Assembly: GCF_018977255.1 (NCBI RefSeq)
Contig: NW_024704742.1
Coordinates: 95,544,001 to 95,608,000, forward strand
DNA length: 64,000 nt
Direction: 5' to 3'
From: Callorhinchus milii
Lineage: Eukaryota
Shown here: positions 38,101 to 49,084 of the stretch, piece after piece
How positions within the stretch are numbered: the first letter of the stretch is position 1
Layout of the letters: each line of letters starts with the position of its first letter
Position numbers and translations under genes: made by a program
Notes under the pieces: generated by a model
What the model saw: the letters and a program-made list of their open reading frames with translations, nothing else
Told to the model about the DNA's origin: nothing
Databases searched by the model: none

Positions 38101-40961
38101 TTGAGGAGGGGCAGAAGTCGATCCCCACGAGCTATGGGGAGAAGCTGGCAATGGTGAGAGCCAAGAGCTGAGCTATTCCTCTTACTGAGACAGTGAGTGC
38201 AGCTGGGGGTGGAGCGGGGCAGAGCGGTGGGGGGGGAGGAGAAGAGGCAGCAGAAGATGTGTTTGCACCAGAGTATTGAACTTTTAGCATGTAATGAAAT
38301 GGAGCTTTTAAACATCATCTGCTTTTGATATCATGGTTCCAACCCAGGCCACTTCCCTGCTGCTATTTGACATTTGAAGGCGTCTACTCATAAATAGCCC
38401 TATATTTTTATTGCCTGTGCTTATTTGCCCACAAAATACACAGTTAAACTGCTTCATAGTATAATCTATGAAATGCTTTGAGATGTCTTGACAACGTGAT
38501 AAGCTGTTATATCAAATGCAAGGATTATTATTATTATTCCAGAAATGTCTGCCTTCTGGACCAAATAATGCAAGCTGTGGTTTTCTATTACACATGTCAC
38601 GACACAGTGGAAATGAGTCATTGGGTGGGGGGAGTGTGGGAGCCGAGCCTGCTCTTAGTCTGGCCAACAGTTTACAAATCAAGGGACTCATTTCAAAAAA
38701 ATTACAATTTGTAATTTGTCACTGGAATTTGAAGAGGAAGAAACCACAGGAGGGGTGTGCTACCACCTGGTGGGCAGTAAACAGATGAGTGTTACTTGAG
38801 GAACACCACAAACATTCCCCATTTTGTGTATTAGTGGCCTGTGAGGACAGGATTGGGCTTGGCTCCAATGTTTCCACAACTAAAATAGGCTGTTGATGTT
38901 CACTGTCTCAGCACCAAGAGGCTGAACATCTCATTGAACAATATTACCAGTTGTAAAACTAATTCCTCTTGCAGGTAAATAGTTGGATAGTTGGTTGAGC
39001 TATTTGCAAATGGCCTATTTTGATAGTGAGAAGGTGAGTCCTTAAAAAATTTACTTTGCTCTTTACAGGCAGAGAGAACAGTGTGTAAAAGTATTTAGAA
39101 ACAATAAGAAACAGCCTCAGGAGACCTTTTTAGTTTCAATCTATTTTGATTCTGACACTCTCAGTGAAGCAATGTCATTACATTGTGTAATGACAGGCAT
39201 GTGACAAGTTGAGAGGGAATGACTCATCTTTGGGTGGGGTTTTAAGGCAGCCATATGACGCAGTACTGAAGGAAATCATACGATTGAGTTAATCCTTTTC
39301 TCACTCTCTCCTTAACAGACGTACAGTGTACTGTTCTGTGAAACCAGTGCCAAGGATGGCTCGAATATCATCGAAGCAGTTCTTCACCTGGCTCGGTAAC
39401 TGCAAACTTTACTAAACACATTATTATCTCAGCATCTCATTGGAGATACATAGGCATCGGATGGGCTGAACAGTCAATGCCCAATTTGATTTGTGCATGA
39501 AAGTAAACTACAGAATCTGAATTGCGCCTTTTCTAGCACAATAGATCTCTTTACTTCCTTCTGGCTTTACTTCATATGATCCACAGAGTTTTACAGCACA
39601 ATAGTAGTCACCCAGTCACCCAACCTCTGCGCCTTGACTTGTTTGGTTTGCTCGCTCATCTTTATTCAATACTATCAGTATTAGTATAGTGTCCTTCCCT
39701 GGGGGCTTTGACCCGTCGCCATGCGTTCTCAGTAGTAACAAAAAGTGGCAAAGGGTCAGGACCGCATCAAAACAAAGGAAGAGGGGAGGAAAGAAAATGA
39801 CAAAAACAATTACAAAAATGACTGGACCTAAAGAGATTGCCCTGGATATATTTGGTGAATGCAGAAGCACCCCTTGAGATTCTTAAGTTAATTGTGAACC
39901 ATTTTCAAGGAATCCAGTGGCTGACTAGGATGATGGTCCATTAGAGGAGCAGGTGTCACTGGGCAATCCTTCAATTAATTTATAGCAGATACCACTAATG
40001 GAGACCAGACTGCATTTACAGCAATACATCTGGAGCCCTATTGCCTGGGCCATTTTTAATTGGATGGGGATGGGGGAGGGGGAATAGAAAGATGAGCAAA
40101 TCTCTGTTGGTGTTGCCATACATTCTAAAACTAAAGTTTCTGTGGAAAATGCACTTTGGAAGATGGAATGGACACTGTATGATAATGCAGGTGTACCTTT
40201 TATGACCCTCATCTATTGGATAAGGATGTCGGCACATAGCCACTTGCCATCTGGTGAATGCTTTTCTTGTTTGCTCGTAATTATGAGCATAACATTTTAT
40301 TAGTGGTGATAATGTAACAGGGACTTTTGTGATGTGGCAGTCTAATGACTTGCAGGTGTTGGTTACCCTGGAGGCCTTCCCAACATTACATTTATTGACA
40401 GCCATGCTTTTTTCGTTTGGTCAACCATCATTTTTAGATATTTTGCAACTCAGCGCTTCTGTGGCTAACTTGCACAATACGTCTTACTCACCTGGCTCCA
40501 CAGCCAACCTCTAGCCTTTAAGAGGTGTACAAGAGTGGCCCTGTGGTAATTCTTCCTTCAGATGTGGCCACCCTCACTGGGGATATGGGCTGGACTGCTT
40601 AGTGCCTCTTGTGGAGGATGAATTAGGGTAAGTAGGTATTGTGCCACATATGGTGGATGGAAGCTGCAGGATTCAATGCCTGGCTTGCCTCAGCAAAGGT
40701 GCATTTGACTGTACTTGATAAATCTGTCTCTGTATTGATTTAGTCTTGTACTGTTTACAATAGAGATGACTAAAGACCACATTGAAACAGAAAGCAGGTG
40801 CCTGGCTGGTACTGAGAATATTTTAACACTGTCCGTCTGTTCATTCCTGCAGGAATGTGAGGAAAAGAGCAGAGGAAAGGAGCAATACGGATTGTGTAAC
40901 TAGTCTGTCCGGGACCCACCTGAACAAAAAGCTGCCTATGAAATCCTGCTGCTCTACTTAA
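16094..40961 (+). CDS. RASEF: RASEF / Rab45 (RAS and EF-hand domain-containing protein), full 17-exon CDS span, 697 aa
   Basis: 17 exons joined by hand at GT-AG sites with consistent phases total 2094 nt. Domains: EF-hands [12 protein letters not shown] and [12 protein letters not shown], coiled coil, Rab motifs GDAAVGKS / WDTAGQE / GNKVD / ETSAK, C-terminal CCST. This architecture and the peptide content match vertebrate RASEF as I recall it. Confidence 0.96.
16460..17175. mobile_element. Cluster of CpG-rich SINE tail fragments in both orientations
   Basis: At least 4 tail segments containing aagcgct...tcaaatgcaagg or its reverse complement. Confidence 0.75.
18984..19420 (+). mobile_element. 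DeuSINE-type SINE (tRNA-like head, Deu-like core, L2 tail), near full length
   Basis: A-box tggctcagttg; core ggaatgctgcattgttggaggtg...gatctcgtggcaccattcaaaaagag; L2-like tail. Confidence 0.8.
19447..20165 (-). mobile_element. L2 LINE 3' fragment (divergent subfamily)
   Basis: [15 protein letters not shown]...[10 protein letters not shown]; tail ...GGGCGCTATATAAATCCAAATT followed by (GTT)n. Confidence 0.85.
20625..20830 (-). mobile_element. CR1-like 3' terminal fragment
   Basis: catagaatattacagcgcagaaggag... terminal motif and accaccctttcaggcaatgtattcca. Confidence 0.6.
21020..21243 (+). mobile_element. L2 3' end fragment
   Basis: Same subfamily as 19447-20165; ends in (TTG)n. Confidence 0.75.
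23476..23825 (+). mobile_element. CR1 LINE 3' end
   Basis: Translates as KILK...[29 protein letters not shown]...[10 protein letters not shown]; ends ttcttatgttcttatgt. Confidence 0.8.
23830..24200 (-). mobile_element. Degenerate CR1 3' fragment, tail-to-tail with the previous copy
   Basis: [38 protein letters not shown] is CR1 ORF2-like. Confidence 0.7.
25715..26148 (+). mobile_element. DeuSINE-type SINE, near full length
   Basis: ggaggtgccatcctttgaatgagacgttaaatccgagg...gttaaagatcccataggactattcgaaaagag; (ATT)n end. Confidence 0.82.
26372..26515 (+). CDS. RASEF: RASEF exon 2
   Basis: ttag|[55 protein letters not shown]; donor gtagga. Confidence 0.93.
26709..26995. repeat. Imperfect 74-bp inverted repeat in RASEF intron 2
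   Basis: 26709-26782 pairs without gaps with 26922-26995. Confidence 0.8.
27088..27178 (+). CDS. RASEF: RASEF exon 3
   Basis: tgcag|[34 protein letters not shown]; donor gtgagt. Confidence 0.93.
27346..27663 (+). mobile_element. tRNA-Ala-derived SINE (family B), full length
   Basis: Head ggagtcctgtagctcagtggttagagca, anticodon arm ctcgc-tttgcaa-gcgag, B-box ggttcaattcc, L2-type tail, (ATT)n. Confidence 0.88.
28410..28505 (+). CDS. RASEF: RASEF exon 4
   Basis: ccag|[35 protein letters not shown]; donor gtgagc. Confidence 0.93.
28882..28959 (+). CDS. RASEF: RASEF exon 5
   Basis: acag|[29 protein letters not shown]; donor gtaagt. Confidence 0.92.
29187..29437 (+). mobile_element. Family B SINE lacking the tRNA head
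   Basis: cagggtgaaatcttgggcaagtttccttactcc through the tail. Confidence 0.82.
30106..30221 (+). CDS. RASEF: RASEF exon 6
   Basis: ttag|[42 protein letters not shown]; donor gtaaaa. Confidence 0.92.
30332..30400 (+). CDS. RASEF: RASEF exon 7
   Basis: gcag|[27 protein letters not shown]; donor gtgagt. Confidence 0.92.
31039..31120 (+). CDS. RASEF: RASEF exon 8
   Basis: acag|[31 protein letters not shown]; donor gtgagt. Confidence 0.92.
31813..31904 (+). CDS. RASEF: RASEF exon 9
   Basis: tcag|[34 protein letters not shown]; donor gtgagt; phase fits both neighbours. Confidence 0.88.
32872..33106 (+). CDS. RASEF: RASEF exon 10
   Basis: ccag|[55 protein letters not shown]...DASDTD; donor gtaagc. 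Confidence 0.93.
34408..34548 (+). CDS. RASEF: RASEF exon 11
   Basis: gcag|[50 protein letters not shown]; donor gtacaa (weak). Confidence 0.88.
35083..35150. repeat. (TTG)n(TTA)n microsatellite, an expanded SINE tail
   Basis: Follows the SINE body at 34800-35080. Confidence 0.85.
35204..35351 (+). CDS. RASEF: RASEF exon 12 (Rab G1 P-loop)
   Basis: tcag|[53 protein letters not shown]; donor gtttgt. Confidence 0.93.
35380..35692 (-). mobile_element. L2 3' end fragment in RASEF intron 12
   Basis: Tail agcgcccttcatgttggaaagacgtcccag and 3' body similar to 2709-3325. Confidence 0.8.
35705..36060. repeat. Low-complexity polypyrimidine (CT-rich) tract
   Basis: About 350 bp almost entirely C/T on the + strand. 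Confidence 0.9.
36875..36956 (+). CDS. RASEF: RASEF exon 13 (G3)
   Basis: gcag|[32 protein letters not shown]; donor gtaaat. Confidence 0.95.
37151..37415 (+). mobile_element. tRNA-Ala-derived SINE (family B, long variant, 3'-truncated)
   Basis: Head plus central block ctctgtttacctagcagtaggtaggaacctggttgtt. Confidence 0.83.
37701..37815 (+). CDS. RASEF: RASEF exon 14
   Basis: ttag|[42 protein letters not shown]; donor gtgagc. Confidence 0.95.
38034..38153 (+). CDS. RASEF: RASEF exon 15 (G4)
   Basis: gaaag|GAC (AAG acceptor); [40 protein letters not shown]; donor gtgaga. Confidence 0.92.
39319..39395 (+). CDS. RASEF: RASEF exon 16 (G5)
   Basis: acag|[29 protein letters not shown]; donor gtaact. 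Confidence 0.94.
40853..40961 (+). CDS. RASEF: RASEF exon 17 (last coding exon, prenylation motif)
   Basis: gcag|[39 protein letters not shown] (TAA 40959-40961). Confidence 0.93.
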
Positions 40962-41476
40962 AGGTGGTCATTGAAGTCCTCTGTCTGATCTGCTCTCTGC
41001 ATACTTTGTGATCAAGACTATCATTTGAGAAGAGCTCACTGAGCAAAAGATAAGCAGTTGAAGGATGAGAGGAAACGAACACTTAACCAGCCCTGAGTTA
41101 GCTGTGCTTGTGCTTCATTTATTCCATTAGCAACTTGAACTCTGTCAAACTGCTGCCATAGGACTTGCCAGAAACAAGGCTGAGACAAGCAAAGTATATC
41201 TAGCTCATTTATCCGTAGCTGTATTTGTACAAAGTGGTCTTATTTACATTTCAGACTTCTAAGGATGTTTCCAGAAAACAATATTGCTGCTTTTTAAAAT
41301 TTTGGATATTATTATGGCTCATGTTACCTCCATAAATGTATTTATTTTTAAAAAAATCCACATTCAAGTCACCTTTACAGAAGCTTTTTATTGCACTTAG
41401 AAATGTAAATAAGATTATTTTTATGTGACCGGAGTAGAAGGATTATCAAAATGTTCAGCAATGTTTAGTGAAATAT

Positions 41477-41482
41477 ATTAAA
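41477..41482 (+). terminator. Candidate RASEF polyadenylation signal ATTAAA
   Basis: About 515 nt after the stop, in an AT-rich 3'UTR-like stretch, followed by T-rich sequence. Confidence 0.3.
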
Positions 41483-42344
41483 TGATATGTTCCATTTTAT
41501 TAGACTTTTTCAGTGAAGTTCTCATTTTGTCAAATGCACAGTGAGTGACATTGAATGTGGAGCACTTATGCTCAGTGGTGTCGTTGGGAATTGCTGGTTT
41601 GATCCCTCCCCCTATCCTATCCAACTTAGTGAAATTTTGAGACAACAATGTTAGAGTGGGTTCAAGACCTGCAGTCTTGGCCAGTGCCCTCCTCAACCAT
41701 CCACGGATAAATTGGTCCGTCATTTAATGGCTGTTTTGTGGGACATTGCTGTTTGCAAATTCACTGGTGTGTTTTTCCCCAAGTACACAGTCTAGTGAGT
41801 CTTGAATACACAATCTAACCAGAATAATAATTCTTGCATTTGATATAGCATCTCATCATGTCTTCGAGACTTGGCAGTATAAACTGTAAAGTGTGTCATT
41901 GTATTTTGTGGGCAAACACGGCAGCCAATCTGGGTATAACAATGCCCCACAAACAGCCACAGAGTGAAGTACTTCACAGAATATACTGTAAAATGTGGAG
42001 ACTAATTTGTAGGCAAGTGTGGAGCCGAGTGAGAAAGTGCAAAACAGAGGTTAAGGCTCTTTCCAGGGAAGGATTTGTCCTGACAGACGCTACACAAGTA
42101 TAATGTTGTTGTTTTTGTTACAGATCTGCTGCATTCACCCTCTCAGCAGCTCATTGAGTGGGTATTGGAAGATAACTTTGAGACTGAATTCCATTACCTT
42201 TCATCCCATCAGTTAGGCTGGATTGACATGCAGTTAAAGTGATGGGATGAAAGCAATGGCCTATCAAGATTTGTAAGGTATCCTTACAGATATTTTAGAT
42301 CTCAAGTTGAGGGGGAGCAGATCCAAGTATAAGTGGGGAATCAT

Positions 42345-42656
42345 TGCCTCTGGGGGAGCACTGCCTTGGCAGAGGTGCTGTCCTTTGGATGAGATGTTAA
42401 ACTTAGGTCATATCTGCCTGTTCAGGTAGATGTTAAAGATCCTATGGCGCTAATTGAAAAAAACAATGGAATTACTCCTGGTGTCCTGGCCAATAATCTT
42501 TTAGATAAAATTGGTCATTCACTTTATAGCTGGTCATGGGACATTCCTGTGTGCATGTTGGCTGCTGTGTTTGCCTACAAAAAACACTGTCACCACACTT
42601 TACAGTAAATTCTTTGAAGCCTTTTGAAATGTCCTGTTGTGAATGCAAGGATTATG
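42345..42656 (+). mobile_element. DeuSINE-type SINE, 5'-truncated
   Basis: Core and tail match 25715-26148. Confidence 0.78.
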
Positions 42657-43424
42657 ATACAGGTATAAATAGATTTATCTGTATGAATCTATTAAGCACA
42701 CATTGACTCTTCTTTAGAGATAGATGACACCCTTGTACTATTTGAACAGTTGAAATATGGCAAGCAAATCATGTGCTGAGAGCGACTGTCACAAGTTTGA
42801 TATTAGCAGTAGAATAGTCTTGAGAGCTGTTGTTAAAATAAGTGTAATGCAAGCATAAGTACAATCAACTAAAGTACCAACATCCTTTCCCCTAGGCAAG
42901 CAGTCCTGCAATGTGAATTACCCAATTATAGTAATGTACAGTATCTGGCGTCAACGAATGCTGTCTGGATCCGCCTGTGTATTCAAACTAGGCAGGCAAC
43001 AGCCTTGAGATGGAGCTAAGAATTGAATGCTGCTGAAACAGGGAACTCCAAAGGCAAATACAGATGAGGCATATTTTACACTAGATAATAATCTATTGGG
43101 CTGAGTCAATAGTTGTATTAACCTGTTTCTGCATTAGTAATCAGCACAATCTCTTTTAAGCAGTCTGCCTGAATTTGGTGGCTTCACAACCTAAAAGGGT
43201 TTCCTGAAAATAGGAGACAAAGTTGGGTGGGAGGGGCAAATATTATCCAAGGTTTCTGTACTTGTTTAGAGACGGATTACCTTCTTTGCATTTCATATAG
43301 GACTTACGTGTGGAAACTCTGAAAGTGCTTCGCAGGATTTTTGCCAGTGAAGTGTAGTGATTGTATTTGTAGGTGATGTTACAGTATACTATGCTGATTG
43401 CTTAAGGGATGGCAGATGGTTTAG

Positions 43425-43840
43425 AGCTCAAAATCATTGTCCTTGCCTTCAAAGCCCTCCATAGCCTTGCTCCTTCCTACCTCTGTAACCTGCTAACTCC
43501 ATATTGACCTGTCTGCTCCCTCCGCTCAGTAGTTCTCCTGCTTGCTCCACGTCCTACATCCGTCCCGTCCTACCATTGGTGGTTGGTCCTTCAGCCTCTC
43601 TGCCCTCACCCTTTGGAACTCCATCCCAGAGTCCCTTTGCCTCGCTCCCTTCCTTGACTGCTTGAAAGAATGTCTCAAGACACTCCTTTTTGACCGTGCC
43701 TTTGGTCAACCTCCTACACCTCCCCTCCCTGCCCTCCTGATGCCAATCCTCTACTTGGGTCCAAATCCCTGACTATCCAGCGACTTGGGACATCCTCCCG
43801 ACATGAAAGTCGCTATACAAATGTAATCTGTTATTGTTGT
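43425..43840 (+). mobile_element. L2 3' fragment
   Basis: PSRPTIGGWSFSLSALTLWNSIP...LFDRAF plus the conserved tail. Confidence 0.85.
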
Positions 43841-44085
43841 AATAGAAATATCAAGTCATCCACACAAGTACAGGCAATATGTGTGTACTGTGAATTGGTA
43901 TCAATTGTTAACAAAGGAAAGGAATAGCTCTGCCTCAATGGCTCAGTTAGTTAAAGAGAAGAGTGAAACTAAGTGGCCGAAGTGAAACAAAACCAAAGAC
44001 CAGGAGAGTCAATTTCTATGGGTATGCAAAATCTACTCGTTCATAAATTCGACAACATCCACATGTAACGAAAATCTAATCTGAA

Positions 44086-44155
44086 GGGCCGTGAACTGGG
44101 TTGGACATTGTGAGACAGGTTAGTTTTACCCTACTGATGTGTGGTTGCAATAGTA
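44086..44155 (+). pseudogene. 28S (LSU) rRNA-derived fragment, about 70 bp
   Basis: GTGAGACAGGTTAGTTTTACCCTACTGATG (44110-44139) matches the conserved 28S sequence just 5' of the sarcin-ricin loop as I recall it; flanks match with mismatches. Confidence 0.8.
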
Positions 44156-44857
44156 TACCTTCTCCATGGAAATACAATTGTACAGAGTTAGTAATGATGC
44201 ACAGGAGTTGAAAATGAGCAGGATTTCCAGGACACAGAAAGCAAAAAAATGCTTTTATCTGCTTGATATCGATGACAACAGCACCCCCTACAGACATTAT
44301 GTCATCCGAAATGCAAACACTATTGCTGCAATGACTTTGCGTAATACTGTTCAAAATCAAAATTGGTTCAGTCTCAGGTGGAAAAAATTATATTGACTCC
44401 AACGGACCTGTATCTAACAACTATAGATCCATTGCCCTAACCTCAATAATTGGGAAAATGCTCTATCAGAAATAATGATTACTAATATAAAAATAAATGA
44501 TAGCCAACATGGGAAGTGTAATAACTAATCAAAGTGCTGGCAATCTTATTGAAGTATAAATAAATACTTATGTATTTTAGTAATTTGGTTTATTCAGTAA
44601 AATGGTACAAAATGCATAAAAAAAACCTCACAGGTTTTTTATATCATATCTGAACAAATCACAACATCATCCTTCTAACCTTCATCAAGTTAATATAAAG
44701 CAATCTCTATATTAGCATAAATACAACTGACATAAATCCCAGTGCATTCAGTGATGCACTTAACTCTTAATTTCCTAGTACAATAGCAATTAATCACGCA
44801 ACACCTGTTTTATTTGATTTTATAATAATATTCCTTGCATTTTAGCCTCGTGCTTTA

Positions 44858-45875
44858 TAACAACAACAATAACAAAATTGCATTTGTATAGCGCCTTTCA
44901 CCTCAGGAGGATGTCCCAAGGTGCTGGACAGTCAGTGTTTTGGACCCGAGCTGCGGGTCGGGATTGAGAGGGTGGAGGGCAGGGGGGGAAGCAGGGTAAT
45001 CGAAAGGAGGGTCTTGAGATGTGTCTTGAAGGAGGCAAGGGAAGGGGCAAGTCAGCGGGACTGCAGGATGGAGTTCCAGAGGGTGGGGGCAGAGTGGCAG
45101 AAGGCCCGCCTGCCAATGGTGGGGCTGGCGAGGCGGGGGACATGAAGCAAGCCGGAACCTACTGAGTGAGAGAGCGGGCAGGATGGTGTGCCATGACCCA
45201 CTCTGCCTTCCCCCACCTCCACAACGTCACCCAGCTCTGCCATTGTCTCACACTGCAGGCTGCCGAAACCCTCATACGTGCTTACATTACATCGAGGCTC
45301 GACTATGCAAACTCTCTGCTTGTCGGCCTCCCCAACTCCTCCCTCCACAGGCTGCAGATCATCCAGAACTCTGCATCCTATGTCCTTCCGCCACTCTGCA
45401 CCCACCCTCTGGAACCTCCATCCCACGTCCACCTCGGCCCCTCCCTTGCCACCTTCAAAACCTATCTTAAGACCCTCCTCTTCGACCATGCTTTTGATCT
45501 CCCTGCTTCCCCCCCACCCCAACCCCCAGCTCAGGTCTGTAACTCTGTCTGTCCAGCACCTTGGGTCATCCTCCTAATTTGAAAGGCGCTTTACAAATGT
45601 CATTTTGTTGTTGTTGTAAGGGGCTTAGGAGGTTGTAAAGGTAGGGGGGAGAAAGCCCATGGAGGGCTTTGAACGTGAGGACCAGAATCTTAAACTATAT
45701 CCTCTGTGTGATGGGAAGCCAGTGGAGTTTTGCGAGGTTGCGGTGATAGGGTCACGGAGCCTGGTGCGGGAGAAGACATGGGCTGCAGAGTTCTGGATGA
45801 TCTGCAGCCTATGGAGGAAGGAGTTGGGGAGGCTGACACGCAGGGAGTTTGCATAGTCAAGCCTCGATGTTATCA
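44858..45875 (-). mobile_element. L2 fragment split by a nested antisense L2 (host halves 44858-45187 and 45618-45875)
   Basis: The two minus-strand halves join at gcaggatggt|aaggggcttaggagg. Confidence 0.85.
45188..45617 (+). mobile_element. Nested, internally deleted L2 copy
   Basis: AAETLIRAYITSRLDYANSLL...; ends in the (TTG)n tail. Confidence 0.85.
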
Positions 45876-47874
45876 CGTCTTCAAGACTGGCTGGTCTATC
45901 ATCAGAAGTAACATGAAGTACTGCAGACCTGTCTGGCTGAGTAATCAAATTACTGAGACTACCATAAAGGTTGACTTGATTCCAACATTCCATGCCAAGC
46001 ATATCGCCTTGGAGCCTTGTCAGCTCTAAGTGGCTCCAAGGTTATTACCTAATCACTGAAATTAGGTAATTTGTTTTTGGTGAGCTGGAAACCCATCACC
46101 ATGCTTAAGAGTATCCAAACCAAACTAAGAGTTCTATACATGCCAACTACAAATGGAAATTTCTATGTCTGGAATGGATTGCGCACTTTATCCCTAAGAG
46201 GGATGCACCTTCTTTATTTCATTTTGGAGAGTATTAGATGCAAGTTGAGAAGAGCCAAGGCTTGGGGACCCAAGAGCATGTCACGGAATACTGGAGTTTA
46301 ACCAACTAAAACTGTATAATTTGCCATTGAAAACACTGTCTGGAAAGCTTGCCACTGATTATCCAGCTGGGACCACCCTAACCGTTAGAGCATTGGCTTG
46401 AGGAGAGCTTACTGAGAGCTGAGTGGAAGGGTTCCCTGCCATTGAGCCAGGCGGGCTGTGCTGTCATCAGCAGTGCTCTGGAATACTGCAGATCCGCCTG
46501 ACTCAGAAGCCAATCTACTGAGATCACCACAAGGGTTAACTCAACTCCAACATTCCAGTGCCAAGAATGCCACCTTAGAGCCATTTCAGCTCTGAGGAGA
46601 CCTCACTTACTCCCCCGCCTTCCCGTCCAAGGATAAATTAAATAACAATGGTGTGCCCCTCAAGGGAAAGATTGGAAAGTTTCACGTGTAGATGGTTTAC
46701 ACATTCAGGCCTTGGGACATCCTCCCGATGCGAAAGGCGCTATATAAATGCAATTTGTTGTTGTTTTTGTTGACCAATACAAATTGTAATAAGGACATTT
46801 GTTTCACTGGCCATTTGGAGATATTTCTCTCCTCTACATCTCTAACCTCACTTGTGCCCCATCATTTCTCAATTATTTTTTCAGACTTCAATTTGGATTT
46901 GAACAAATGGACCGAGGCACAGGCTCCAGCCTTGCTTTGCCTCCTGACCTCTTGGGCGCAAATGTTCTGCTACAGAGGCAGTCGATTAAAATGACGGGAT
47001 GAATTGTTAACGTGTCCAGGAAAACCGACAGAAGCACTGCTCAAGTTAAGATGCAACCAATTCATATGGTCTTCCAATGTGCTTAAAATGAGAGCTGGAG
47101 GATTAGAATGGAGAAGGTCCTAGGTTTAACTATATAATGTTAAGTGTTTAGCGAATATGAATCACAGTAAACTGTGCTCAATTGGCTGGCACATTTCGCC
47201 CACAAAGTACACAGTCTATCCACTTTCAGTATTTCCTGTGAAGCGCTTTGAGCCGTATCAATGATGTGATAATGCTCTATATCAAATGCAAGGATTATTG
47301 TTATCATTATTATTATTATTAGAAACGCCAGCATCTCAAAGACAAAAACATTTCAAATTTTTTAGGCACATTCATTACAATACAATTTATATTTATGCAG
47401 AGCCTTCCCCATTGGGAGGATGCTGTAAAGCACATCTCTTAATTGAGATTCAAAGAAAGAACTTGTATTTTTATAGAGCCTATACTGTTGAAACATCTCA
47501 AAGTACTTCACAGTGCTTGTCACGTGTAGTGACTGTTTATCTGCAGGCAAATGTCGCAGCTGTTTTGTCCACAACAGCAACTTGCATTTATATAGCACCC
47601 CTCATATAGGATAGCGGCCCAGACCACAGAAAAAGCTACAAGCAGTCATGTTGAATGACTAATTAATCTGTAAACAAAAACATTGAGGTAAAAAGTCAGT
47701 GTTAATGAGGTTTTCCATTATAGTCGCACATTGCCAAAGGTGTTATCTGTAATGCTGAAAGGAATAATTACCCCATTAAGAGAAATGAGTAAAAACTTGG
47801 AAAGTGGGATTAAAAATGAGTTGATTTCAATAGCTAGAGATAACAGGGGCACAAACATGATGGATCAAGGCTAC

Positions 47875-48200
47875 CACTCCAGTGCAGGGTGAAAGGTACT
47901 TCATTGGAGGTGTTGTCCTTCATATAAGATGTTAAACCGAGGTATTGTCTGCCTAATTGGGAGGATGTTAAGGATCCCATGGCACTATTTGAAAAAGAAG
48001 AGAATTTCTCCTAGTATCCTGGCAGTTAATCCCCCAAATTAAATTGGTCATTCTCTTCATGGCTGTTTGGGGAAAGTGCATAAATTGGCTGCCACATTCA
48101 TCTACAAAATACACAGTATTTACAGTATATCCTGTGAAGTGCTTTGAGCTGTCTCAATGGCATGATAAGATGTTAAATTAAATGCAAAGATTATTACTAT
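47875..48200 (+). mobile_element. DeuSINE-type SINE, 5'-truncated
   Basis: Core and tail match 25715-26148. Confidence 0.78.
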
Positions 48201-48714
48201 TAAAACTGAAACATCCTATTATAAACACTAAATGAAAAGATCACACTTGTATTGTTAATAATCCCCAATAACTGCGTGTGTAAGTGACATATTGTTTGCC
48301 TGATGCTTTTTGTGACAACATGACATTTTTGCAGAACAAATAGCTTCCTGATGGTGCAGATACATCGATGTGCTGATCAGCAAAAGTTAGCTGTGGGCTA
48401 ACAATTGACTGGATTGGAACGGACTGGTACAATAATTGCTGACAGTACAACTTGTATTGTTATCCGTAAACAGTCCACTAGATGGTGATCATGATTCACT
48501 GTTGGCCTTCAGAGTGCGCTCACATTGGTAATTTCTATTACAAAAAAAGCAACAGAATAGCCAAAGCTGAAATTTGGATTTGTTAATAACAAAAAAACAC
48601 ATTTAGAACTCAGGATGTAACCCCCACTATTCAGTTGTCGCTTCCATCTATGAAACATTTGTATCAATATCTGGAGAGGGTTTTTTTGTTCCAGTTCTTA
48701 AGTAAAATATTTTA

Positions 48715-48945
48715 AAAGTACATAGGTTTAGAGCTGCGCAGGGCAACTTCATGATAGATACCAGGAGGTTTGTCTTTACTCAGAGTGTGATTATTGACTG
48801 GAACACGTTGCCAGAAAAGGTGGTGGAGGCCAAGACACTGGATTCACTTTGAAAGCAGTTGATGCTGTGATGGGAAGATGGTAGGGAACTGTTCTGGGGT
48901 GAATGAAATCAGATGAGCTGCACTTTTTCCTCCAAACCAATCTTG
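48715..48945 (+). mobile_element. CR1 3' fragment
   Basis: FTQSVIIDWNTLPEKVVEA-like peptide. Confidence 0.7.
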
Positions 48946-48968
48946 TGATTTTGTCAAAATGTGTTTTT

Positions 48969-49082
48969 GTGAGGGGAGGGAAGGGAGGGAGCGAGGAGGG
49001 GATAGAGATTCGAGAGGGGAGCTGAAGGCACGGTCAAAGAGAAAGGTCTTGAGACCGGCCTTGAAGGAGGAAAGGGACGAAG
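48969..49082 (-). mobile_element. Inverted 114-bp copy of the adjacent L2 3' region
   Basis: Reverse complement of 51125-51238 with 5 mismatches. Confidence 0.9.
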
Positions 49083-49084
49083 AA

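Noticed and set aside
44086..44155. rRNA gene
   Set aside because: Only about 70 bp with mismatches and no other rDNA context; kept as a derived fragment.
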